Shown piece by piece: positions 26,801 through 38,196 of a stretch of 59,659 nucleotides of DNA (position 1 is the stretch's first letter; each line of letters begins with the position of its first letter). The stretch spans positions 7,719,797 to 7,779,455 of the forward strand of contig NC_068994.1 of the NCBI RefSeq assembly GCF_001194135.2, written 5' to 3'. The notes under the pieces were generated by a model that saw nothing but the letters and a program-made list of their open reading frames with translations, ran no database searches and was not told the origin of the DNA. The translations under genes were made by a program, and so were the position numbers. This DNA is from Octopus bimaculoides. Taxonomy: Eukaryota.

Positions 26801-27300
26801 AAAATGGCATTACTTTTTGACTCACCCTCGTACATGCTCATTGGCAAAGACTAACCTCACTTTTTGGTTCTTCATACTGATGGGAGGTCTAGTGGTGGGG
26901 GAATGGGCATGAAGTCCGACTTTCTTCAAATGACAAGCCACAGTCTTCCAAGACGCATTCATTCCATAATCACAATTTACTTGGTGAGAAATTCCTGCAA
27001 CAGTATCAAAACGTTCTCTTAACAAGAGTCTCTGAATCACAAGATCTTGCCAAACACTTGTTTTCTGTGGTCTCCTTCACTTTACTAATAACACAAACAG
27101 GCTTGTTTCTTCATAAAATTTGAGTTTTCTTGAAATAACACTTTTTGATCTGTTAATGTCTCTGGTGAGAGCAGAAATTGCCATTCCTTCATTTTTGAAT
27201 GTGACCACTCACAACTTTACATGGTTGTTAATTCATTATAGTTCAATATGAATCTTCACAGTGTAAGGTCAATTTAGTTTACATTGGTTGGAATGTTACC
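26801..27300 (-). mobile_element. Tc1-like transposase relic
   Basis: SWKTVACHLKKVGLHAHSPTTRPPISMKNQKVRLVFANEHV then ESK; matches Tc1 LxxxGL..P..KP.IS.KN.K.RL.FA.EH..DESK. Confidence 0.7.
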
Positions 27301-27539
27301 GGATTTTACTTTTTGAATTTTACACCATCCAGTCTCTAATTTTGTCCATCTTGTATTTTTCAAATAAACATTTTTTCTATTATGAATTTATTTAGCTATT
27401 AATTAATCACTTCCTACAAAATTTATTGTAAATAATGAAACACACTTTAAAGTATATAGAGTAAAAATCTCATTTGGTAAAATGAAGTAGAAATGTAAAT
27501 ATCTTTAAATTTAGTTTTTTTCTATAATTTTGCCCACTT

Positions 27540-27548
27540 CTGTATATA

Positions 27549-27590
<42 letters not shown>

Positions 27591-27614
27591 CACATATGTA
27601 TATATATACATATA

Positions 27615-27700
<86 letters not shown>
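27540..27700. repeat. (TA)n microsatellite
   Basis: long near-pure TA run; (TA)n tracts flank most N-gaps in the window. Confidence 0.9.
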
Positions 27701-27702
<2 letters not shown>

Positions 27703-27745
27703 TGTTTTTACCTGTAATTTTGGATTTTGTCCCTAATATTATCAT

Positions 27746-27785
<40 letters not shown>

Positions 27786-28519
27786 AGTTTATATATGCAT
27801 TTATACAGGTGTGTGTGTGTGTACATATGGTATATTTATATATTGTAATTTTTCTTTATAAAATTCCTTCCAATAGTCAAATACATGTAACTCTATACTA
27901 AATCTTACCAGGCACTGAATCTATTTGCATTATTTCTGTTAGAGTTCCTTCTATATTCTTCTATAAATGAAGTTGCATTTATCAACATCACAGATTAAGG
28001 TCTTGACAAGGACCATACACCCCTTAGCAACCATTAAACAAGTAGTATCTGATAGAAACATGTAAGCTTTGAGAAAAATAGTTTGGTAGTCAGGAGCTCT
28101 GTAGTCCTGGTTAATTTATTGATCATATGAAGGATCAATTAAATGTGGACACCAACCACAATGTGTAACAGCTGCACTGTAATAAGCTATTCGAAACAAG
28201 TGTAAGCAAAATAAATTGTTGATAATACATCTTCGCTCAGTGATAAATATACCAAAAATAATTCGTGACCGTCTTCAGATTTACACATTGTACCTGTCAC
28301 AAGAAATGAATAACAACTTATATGGAGTACCATGATGTCAACTGGACAATTTTGTTTGCTAGGGTCTCTTTCCATAGAGTGCTTAAAGAGGTATTTTGCA
28401 TGGATTTATTTAATCCTTATCGTCCTACATACACACACACACAAATAACCTATGCAGAAGATATACAAACATGATAAATTTAATATTTCATTACAGATTG
28501 AAAAAAATGATGAATGGCG

Positions 28520-29075
28520 GTTCAATCCCACTGCATGGCACCTTGGACGTGACACCTTCTACTATAGCTTTGGGTTGACCAAAGCCTTGTGAAGGAATTT
28601 GGTAGATAGAAACTGAAAGGCGGCGAGCTGGCAGAAACGTTAGCACGCCGGGCGAAATGCTTAGCGGTATTTCGTCTGCCGTTACGTTCTGAGTTCAAAT
28701 TCCACCGAGGTCGACTTTGCCTTTCATCCTCTCAGGGTTGATTAAATAAGTACCAGTTATGCACTGACGTCGATATAGTCGACTTAATCCATTTGTCTGT
28801 CCTTGTTTGTCCCCTCTGTATGTAGCCCCTTGTGGGCAATAAAGGAATAAGAAACTGAAAGAAGCCCCTCTGTGTGTATGTGTGTGTGTCCCTTCATCAC
28901 CACTTGACAACTGGTGTTGGTGTATTTACATCCCCCGTAACTTAGCAGTTCAGCAAAAGAGACTGATAGAATAAGTTCTAGGCTTAAAACAAAAATGTCC
29001 TGGGGGTCCTTCAAGGTGGTACTCCAGCAAGGCCACAGCCAAATGACTGAAACAAGTAAGAGAATAAAAAGAAAC
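28520..29075 (+). mobile_element. family A SINE containing a complete family C SINE (28619-28850)
   Basis: AGAAACTGAAAG is duplicated at 28608-28619 and 28850-28861 around the C copy. Confidence 0.85.
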
Positions 29076-29299
29076 TCAATCGGTTTTCAAGCCTTATTTA
29101 GTTCTCATCAGAGGTTGTCTACATCATTTGACCAACTCCAAGGAAACAAGCAGCCAATCTGTTTATGTATTCAACAATTACAGTAGCTACAAAGAACTGA
29201 TGCCACCAATTTGTATACCAACAAGGGTTTAACATTTTATATGATATCGTTTCTACTAAAGGTCTTTCTGCTGAAGGTGCATGGCTCAGTGGTTGAAGC

Positions 29300-29540
29300 T
29301 AGTGGCGGACTGCCAGGTTGCCAGCTTGCCCAATGGCAAGTGGGCCCCTGTGCCATTAGAATCTATATATGGGGGCCTATGTTAGTATCTAAGGGGTCCA
29401 TCTGCTCGAGTTTGAGAATTTTTTATTCACTCCTGGACGAATGCATTATTTCAGCTTGGCTAAAATAATTAGCATTGTAGTTGCGGGTGGGCCCCCTTAG
29501 TCTCCTGGCAACCAATATTTTTAGACCCAGTCTACCACTG
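29300..29540. mobile_element. hAT-like MITE inserted in a tRNA-derived SINE head
   Basis: imperfect TIR TAGTGGCGGACTG / CAGTCTACCACTG; 8-bp TSD GTTGAAGC / GTTAAAGC. Confidence 0.65.
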
Positions 29541-29599
29541 GTTAAAGCATCAGGCTCACAGCCATGAGGTACTGAGTTCAATTCCCAGACTAGCATTGC

Positions 29600-30850
29600 T
29601 ATTTATGTCGTATTTCTGTTGGCTAAAATTTATGATGTTGCTGGTGTTGTTATTGTTGTTGTTGTTGGCAATGTTGCTGCTGGTGAAGTTGGTGATGCAG
29701 TTACTTTATATTTTCCCTCCTCCTGCTGCTGCTGTTGTTGTTGACATCGCTGCTGGTTGTCAGTGGCAGCAGTGGTGATGCTGCTGCTGTTATTGTTGTT
29801 CTTGCTGCTGCTGTTTCTTATGTTTTAACTGTTGCTTATGTTGCTATTATTTCTGCTGCTGCTTATATTATTGTTGCTGCTGCTGCTGTTACTTATATTG
29901 TTGTTGTTGCTACTATTTCTGCTGCTGTTGTTGCTGCTGCTGCTGCTTATGTTATTGTTCCTGATGGTGTTGTTATTGTTGCTGCTGCTTTTGCTTGTGC
30001 TGTTGTTGTCATTGCTGCTGCAGTTGTTGTTGCTGCTGCTGCTGTTGTTGTTGTCATTACTGCTGCTGCTGCTGTTGTTGCTGATATGCTTGTCACTGCT
30101 GCTGCTTATATTATTGTTCCTGTTGGTGTTGTTAACGATGCTTCTGCTGCTGGTGTTACTCATATTTCTCTTCTTCTTCTTCTTGATGTTCCCTGTTGTT
30201 GTTGTTGTTGTTGTTATAATCAACATCCTTGCCATTATTGTTCTCGTTGATATTGTCAATGTGACTCTGATGTGGTTATTGTTTCGTATATTCCCCCCCG
30301 CCCCCCGATGTTCTTATTGTTATTGCTGATGCTGCAACTGGCGCTCTGCTTCTGATGTTATTGGCATTGTTGTTGTTGTTATTAATATTGTCATTATTGT
30401 GATTTGTTATTGTTGTTGCTATTGCTGCTGTTGTTATTTGTTATTGTTGCTATTTTTGTTGTTGTTGCTGTTGATAATGTTTATTATTGTTGCTTGTCAT
30501 TGCTGTTATCATTGTTTCCATTGTGATTTGTTATTGTTGCTATTTTTGTTGTGGCTATTGTTTTTGTTGTTGCTATTATTATTGTCATCATTGTGATTTG
30601 TTATTGCTGTTGTTGTTGCTATTTTTGTTGTTGTTGTGTTTGTTATTGTTGTTGTTATCATTGTTGCCATTGTCATCATTGTGATTTGTTATTGCGGTTG
30701 TTGTTGCTATTGCTGTTGTCTTTTTATTGTTGCTATTTTTGTAGTTGTTTGTTATTGTTGCTATTTTTGTAGTTATTGTGGTTGTTGTTGCTGTAAGTTG
30801 TTATTGTTGATGTTACCGTTAATATCATTGTTGCTATTGCAGTTGTCATA
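29600..30850. repeat. complex (GCT/GTT/ATT) trinucleotide minisatellite
   Basis: recurrent higher-order words TTGTGATTTGTTATTG and TTGCTATTTTTGT. Confidence 0.85.
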
Positions 30851-31336
30851 GTGATTGTTATAATCATTGCTGTTGTCATCATCATTGTTGTTCTTGATAC
30901 TACCAAACATACCAGTGTGATTGTATACACTGGTGCCACCATCTACAGAAATATCATTAAATTTTTTTTCTTTCACGTTTGCTTTAAGACATTCTCCTTC
31001 TTCTTCTTCATTATTATTATTATTATTATCTATCTTTTGTATTTTTTTCTGTTTATTCCCTGTGTAGTTTATCTTCAATTTCTGAATTTCTTCTTTGAGT
31101 AGGTGTTGATATGTTTGTACATCTCCTGGCCATTTCAAACTAATGCAGAAAAAAAAAAAAAATTCTAGGATGGTTTTTTTTTNNNNNNNNNNNNNNNNNN
31201 NNNNNNNNNNNNNNNNNNNNNNNNNNNNNNNNNNNNNNNNNNNNNNNNNNNNNNNNNNNNNNNNNNNNNNNNNNNNNNNNNNNNNNNNNNNNNNNNNNNN
31301 NNNNNNNNNNNNNNNNNNNNNNNNNNNNNNNNNNNN

Positions 31337-31663
31337 GGAGCACCGCCTTTAGTCGACCCCAGGACTTATTCTTTGTAAGCCTAGTACTTATTCTATTGGT
31401 TCTCTTTTGCCGAACTGCTAAGTTACGGGGACGTAAACACACCACCATCGGTTGTCAAGCAATGGTGGAGGGACAAACACAGACATACATATATATATAT
31501 ATACGATGGGCTTCTTTCAGTTTCCGTCTACCAAATCCACTCACAAGGCTTTGGTCGGCCCGAGGCTATAGTAGAAGACACTTGTCCAAGGTGCCACGCA
31601 GTGGGACTGAACTCGGAACCATGTGGTTGGTAAGCAAGCTACTTACCACACAGCCACTCCTGC
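31337..31663 (-). mobile_element. family A SINE
   Basis: reverse complement of the consensus. Confidence 0.85.
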
Positions 31664-32906
31664 GCCTAATAATAATAATAATAATAAAAATAAATATTCT
31701 GCTCAATACCACAGATTTGCTTGTCAGTTGAGTATGTCCCTTAGAGGCTGACGAGATGTGCATCTCTGATCAGGAGCAGAAGTAGTGGGGGAGCATCATA
31801 GCCATGTGTTGAGAGGAATTCTTTGGGGTTTGGATAATTCACCTTTGGAAACATGGATGTTTTGTTCGTCATCTTTCAAACAAACTTTATTCGGGGACCT
31901 TTTGAGCAGGATTGGCTACTCAACCTGAAGAAAATTCTAACTGGGTCCCGTTTGCGAGGTTATGCCCTTTTTATCTTGATACGAGATCACCATGCTGCGC
32001 ATGTATGGTTGTGATGCATGTGCCTGGCGTACCCTTATCAGACGGGTAGTTATGATGGATGTATTGGACTTAGTATATTTGTTCCCCAGTGTTACTTTGC
32101 TGGCATGCGCTGCTCTCTTATCCAATGATAATAATAATAATAATTTCGGATTTTGGCACAAGGCCAGGAATTTTGCCAGCTCTGGTCAAACCGTCCAACC
32201 CATGCCAGCATGGATAGCAGACATTAAACAATAATGGTGAAGATGGCACACATAGATTACATCATCATCATCATCACCATGGAAATGTACATGTACCTAC
32301 ACAGGGGTTGTACAGGGGTTCTTAACCCCACAACATAAAAGCACCTCCCCACAGCAGTGCCTGAGACAACAATGAAAAATGATGGTGGCAATAAAGACAA
32401 TGTAATGATGACAGTACTGAAAATGATGACAGACACAAAACAAAATCACTTGACAGATTTTATTATATTATTGGCATTTTGGCTCAAATTTACAATGCTG
32501 TGTTGATTTGTGTATGTATGTGTGTATATGATGTGTATGTAAGAATACATATGTAAATAAGATTCATAATTATTTGCACTAATTAACCTCAACTTCAGAG
32601 ATGAAACAATTTACACTATTTACGCCCTAGACTATGTTTCTGTCTGGTTGATGTCCAGTTGGTCATCAGGTGTTGCCACAGCTTGGGAAAATAAAAGGTT
32701 CCTGGTTCATATCCTCCAGTTTGATATAACCATGGTACACATCCAGGATTGAGTTATATCGAGACCTGATGATATTCTGAGATTGAAGAAATTGGAACAT
32801 ATTGGAGGTGTCAATGTTGGAGGAAAATAAAAATAAAAATAAAATAAAATGAATTTTTTAGGATCTCTAAGAAAAATAGTCTTGAGAATTATAATATAGA
32901 TTATAT

Positions 32907-33313
32907 AGCTGCGGGATGGCTGTGTGGTAAGTAGCTTGCTTACCAACCACATGGTTCCCGGTTCAGCCGCACTGCGTGACACCTTGAGCAAGTGTCTTCT
33001 ACTATAGCCTCGGGTCGACCAAAACCTTGTGAGTGGATTTGGTAGACGGAAACTGAAAGAAGCCCGTCGTATATATGTATATATATATTTGTATGTGTGT
33101 GTGTATATGTTTGTGTGTCTGTGTTTGTCCCCCCAACATCGCTTCAGAATTGATGGTGGCGTGTTTTCGTCCTCATAACTTAGCGGTTCGGCTAAAGAGA
33201 ACCAATAGAATAAGTGCTAGGCTTACAAAGAATAAGTCCTGAGGTCGATTTGCTCGACTAAAGGCGCTGCTCCAGCATGGCCACAGTCAAATGACTGAAA
33301 CAAGTAAAAGAGT
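32907..33313 (+). mobile_element. family A SINE, full length
   Basis: tRNA-like head TGGCTGTGTGGTAAG..GGGTTCAG, body, (TA/TG)n, tail GAAACAAGTAAAAGAG. Confidence 0.85.
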
Positions 33314-33449
33314 ATCATTTAAACTAGGCCCTCAACCCAAAATACTGGCCTTGTACCTAAAATATTGCTATTTTTCAATCTATTAGCTCCCCCACCAAGT
33401 TACTATCTTTGTACCTAAACTATAATTATTTTTATAAATGCTTTTCGTA

Positions 33450-33885
33450 CCTTTAGGAGGAACAAACAAAAGTGCCTAATAATTGACGTGGTAGTACCAG
33501 GAGATCAAAATACCATCATGAAAGAAAGAGAAAAGGTTGATAAATATGGAAACCTGAGAATTGAGATCGCTAAGATGTGGGAGCTACAAGAGACAAACAT
33601 AAAGGTTATCTCTATTGTCATCAGAGCATTAAGTTCAATACCATCAAACCTGAAAAAACATCTGAAAATGTTAGAAATACCCTACAATCAAGACATATTG
33701 CAAAAGTTGGCATCGCTTGGAACTGCATGCATATTGCGCAAAGTACTGTCTGTCTGAGGTCCTTGTTGCGTCTTGACAAACAGTGTGAATGCCTGGTAGA
33801 CACAATATCTTCAATCAACAACCTCACAATATTGTATACTGTGACATCTATAATCATAATAATAATAATAATCATAATAAATAGT
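33450..33885 (+). mobile_element. 3' end of a restriction-like-endonuclease (R4/NeSL-type) LINE with (ATA)n tail
   Basis: IDVVVPGDQNTIMKEREKVDKYGNLRIEIAKMW...VIRALSSIP...LQKLASLGTACILRKVL*. Confidence 0.75.
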
Positions 33886-34254
33886 ATTATATTTTCCTGA
33901 AGGGCTGGAAAAATATAGAACCACTCATGTACTGCAGATTGATTTACTAGAATTTCTGACTAATTTGTAGTCTTGCATCTTAACTTAGAAATCTTTGTCC
34001 TTATTCTGTTTTATACCACACACATTCCTGGAGGTTTGCAAGTAAAAGCCCAGCACCAAGTTGCACATTTCTGCATTATAAAGCTGCTGCATTTGCTCTT
34101 GGTCTCCAGTCATCATTTCTCATCCAAGATAATTTTTTTAAAGGAGGACTTGAAGGGCCAACTCTGCAAGTTTTCTTCAATGGCTGTCTTGTCTTGTCTT
34201 TCACTTTTGTGAGTGTTGTTTAGACTTATTTGATGATTTTTCTTTGTTTTTCTC

Positions 34255-34369
34255 TCAAGTGTCCATGGTGTGTTGGTAGCCAAATATCCCTTTGTTAAGG
34301 CAGCCTAAATTCTGTTGGTTGAAGTCATTAGGTTTGGAGTACACGTGACCGTTACCGACGTAGATGTGA
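34255..34369 (-). CDS. SMG8: SMG8 terminal coding exon with TGA
   Basis: cttccag|T-HIYVGNGHVYSKPNDFNQQNLGCLNKGIFGYQHTMDT*; aligns with the SMG8 C-terminal PYAYV...P..KGV pattern. Confidence 0.88.
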
Positions 34370-37300
34370 CTGGAAGGGTAACAGGATTAAGGAAAAAAAG
34401 AAAACAGAAAATTTTTCAGAAAAGCATGAAAAAGGTATGAAGATAGGAACCGGTGTGGCTGTGTGGTAAGAAGTTTGCTTCTCAACCACATGGTTCCAGG
34501 CTCAGTCCCACTGCGTGGCACCTTGGGCAAGTGGCTTCTACTATAGCCTCCACAAGATTTATAGTCTTGTGAGTGGATTTGGTAGACAGAAATTCAAAGA
34601 AGCCCATCATATGTGTATATATCTATGTATGTATGAGTTTTTGTGTTTGTCGTTGTATAGCTTGTATGACAGTGACATCTATTGGCAATCATCATGTCAA
34701 GACAATGTTACTTGCAAACAAACACACACACAGAGGGGCTTCTTTCAGTTTCTAATTTATTTATTGCCCACAAGGGGCTAAACATAGAGGGGACATACAA
34801 GGACAGACAAAGAGATTAAGTCGATTACATTGACCCCAGTGTGTAACTGGTACCCTGAAAGGATGAAAGGCAAAGTCGACCTCGGCGGAATTTGAACTCA
34901 GAACATAGCGGCAGACGAAATACTGCTAAGCATTCCGCCCGGCGTGCTAACGTTTCTGCCAGCTCACCGCCTTTAGTTTCTCTCTACCAAATCCACTCAC
35001 AAGGGTTTGGTCAGCCTGGGGCTGTAATAGAAGACACTTGCCCAAGGTGCCATGCAGTGGGGCTGAACCCAAGACCACAAGGTTAGGAAGCAAGTTTCTT
35101 AATTACACAGCCACACCTGCACCTATACAATAATATATAAATAAACAAATTAAATAAATGAAAAACAAAATAATGAAAGAAAAACACAAAAAAAAAACAT
35201 GATGACATCTTTCTTGCAAAGGATACGGTAAACGGAGGACCCAGATGTTACCAGTTGATAGCTTGATAGGATCATCATTGCCTGGGTAGAAGTTTGGACC
35301 GTGGTGTGGGTGAGCTGGTTGCACGACTGGGTTCAGGGTCACTGTTATTGGACATTCAGGGGGTGCAGCATACACGCGCATCAGCTGAGCCATGTGACCT
35401 TTGGTACTGCAGAAATATTGAGACAAAAGTGTAAATGAATAAGAGGGGGTGGAGAGAGAGGGAAGGATATGAGAGCAAAAGAGAGAGAGAATGAAAGATT
35501 AGAGAAGTCTTGAAACCCATTTGGTTATGAATAAAGTAAACCCATAAATAATCTATTTATATAATATGTTATCTTACCAACCACATGGTTCCGAGTTCAG
35601 TCCCACTGCGTGGCACCTTGGGCAAGTGTCTTCTACTATAGCCTAGGGCCGACCAAAGCCTTGTGAGTGGATTTGGAAGACAAGAAACTGAAAGAAGCCC
35701 GTCGTATATATATATATATTTATATATATGTGTGTCTGTGTTTGTCCCCCTAGCATTGCTTGACAACCGATGCTGGTGTGTTTATGTCCCCGTCACTTAG
35801 CGGTTCGGCAAAAGAGACCGATAGAATAAGTACTAGGCTTACAAAGAATAAGTCCCGGGGTCGATTTGCTCGACTAAAGGCGGTGCTCCAGCATGGCCGC
35901 AGTCAAATGACTGAAACAAATAAAAGAGTAAGAGTAAAAAGAGAGTATATATATATATATATATATATATATAGCTCGAATTGGGTGATGGTGTAAATGC
36001 TGAAATACAATAAATCAAGGGGTTAATAGAGAAGAGAAGGGATTTGAGAATCATTGCCTTAGAGACATGGAAAATAATCAGAATTAATAGAGTGATATAA
36101 ATTAATGGTTTCCTTACCGACAGGGACACGAGCAAAACAGCGGCATGTCTGATGTTAACAGCTTGTGGGCATTATCCTGAACGATAAAAATAATAGTAAC
36201 AATGATAATAATCATGATGATGATAATGGAGGAGACCCCCCCCCCTTCGGTCATGACTGACCATGGGATTGCACCTAGAAAGTTACCCTCCCAGGCACAA
36301 GTCTGGGTAAGGTTGTTTATGGAAGACCAGCAGTTGCCCATGCATACCGGTCTCCCCTCTCCACGCCACCAGTGTTATCCAAGGGAAAGGCAAAGACTGA
36401 TACAGCTTGGCACCAGTGACATCGCAACTCATTTCTACAGCTGAGTGAAACTGGAGCAATGTGAAATAAAGTGTCTTGCAAATCCTTTGATTGGTTGCAT
36501 CACAAAACTCCAGGAGTCTTACACCTACCTCATTTCTCTCACCATATCCATAGCTTCTGTGTATGTCATGGAAGGCATTGGCATGTTGGTCGACAGGACT
36601 ATTGAAATCACCAACCAAAATAATGAAGTCAAGTCACTGTCAATCGTCATTGAGGTAGCTTGCAGAATGGTCTCACATGAAGCAATCTTTCCGTGCTTCT
36701 GGGCATATACTGAGATAACTGCTGCAGTTGAGTTGCCTATAACATTTTGATTATCCTATCACATACCTTGGCTACCACAATTACTTTATCACCCAGCTAA
36801 CAGTATGCCTACTCTACCCCTAGTCTCACTATTACTCCCCCAGAACAATTTGTATATCTATCTTTTGTCTATGAGGAGTTTGGTTGAGCATCCTTTCCCT
36901 CTTACCTCTTGCACACAGCACACATTCTCTCGTTTCCACAATCTCACCAGACATACTTTTCATTGTGCTCATCTTTATGGTTGCAACCCCAAAGTTTTGA
37001 AATCCACAGGAAGTGGGGTGGGATATCAGTTGGAAGGCCATTTGATGGTTGGTTTACACTAGAAATAGCAGGGATGATGTAGGTCTCAAAAGTAATTTTT
37101 ATTTATCATCAAAATAGATGAGGAAACAGTTGAGATGCATAAAAATATCCACGTCCTACCAACATTTCATTTTTTTTTTCACAGTGCTTTTTATTTTTTA
37201 AACCAAAGCTGTACCTGATCAAAGTTAACCCAGGGCTTAAAATATGGAGATCTATCACAGAAGTATATTTACCTTCACGTTACTGGAACTGGACATTTTA

Positions 37301-37912
37301 ACTAGTTTGTCTGGGCCGCTACTGAAGAATCTGTGGCCTCTTGGGCATTCATATTCAACACCAATGTATACACGAACATTCACTTCACCAGACTCTGAAA
37401 GCAAACAGCAAACATTTTTATACATACAAACCATACGCGAGAAACAAAATGTTTTACTAATTCCATATTGGTTACAACTGTTTCATAATTAACTCAGGTT
37501 CTCAAAATAATTCTGAAATATCACTGACCTTTTTGAATCCTTTTCTGTTTGGTCTTTTTGTTTGCTTCTCCCAGACCAGGCCATTTGTCTTTCTCCATAC
37601 GCAGAGAGATATCCCAGGGCAATAGGAAATTACTGCCGTGGAAAAAACCAGGAAGGTCCAAACCTAAGACAGATTCAAAGATAGATATAGGTGCAGAGGG
37701 ACATTTAATTGTAATAAATTTAATCAGGGATCATATATTGAAACAGATACAGAAATAGACACATATATTATAGTTGGTAGTTAATTCAAGGTTTGATACA
37801 ATTCAACATTGCAAAAAGTGTTGAAGAAAAATAATGACAAGAAGTAAATTATCATAAAAAAAAAAATATTTTGTTTCCAAAATTTTCTGGATTTGGTAAA
37901 TGGAAACTGAAA

Positions 37913-37948
<36 letters not shown>

Positions 37949-38144
37949 CTTATAGGAGTGATTTATAGGTGCCGGAGTGGCTGTGTGGTAAGTAGCTTTC
38001 TTACCAACCACATGGTTCTGGGTTCAGTCTCACTGCTTGGCACCTTGGGCAAGTGTCTTCTACTATAGCCTCGGGCCGACCAAAGCCTTGTGAGTGGATT
38101 TGGTAGACGGAAACTGAAAGAAGCCCATTGTATATATGTATATG

Positions 38145-38196
<52 letters not shown>

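Noticed and set aside
317-27848. Long ORFs of X runs, [18 protein letters not shown] and poly-L/T/V in the ORF track
   Set aside because: Produced by N-gaps and di/trinucleotide microsatellites; no domain content.
29825-30329. Ser/Asn-rich and Leu-rich ORFs of 144-171 aa
   Set aside because: Translations of the trinucleotide minisatellite in several frames.
32600-32790. Protein-like minus-strand stretch (NPGCVPWLYQTGGYEPGTFYFPKLWQHLMTNW) after a pyrimidine tract
   Set aside because: All three frames from the obvious acceptor hit stops and I recognise no family; may be SMG8 3'UTR or a decayed element.
33990-34110. Short ORF just downstream of the SMG8 stop (MMTGDQEQMQQLYNAEMCNLVLGFYLQ...) suggesting a bicistronic transcript
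   Set aside because: Short, no recognisable homology and no consistent downstream exon; expected by chance in a 3'UTR.
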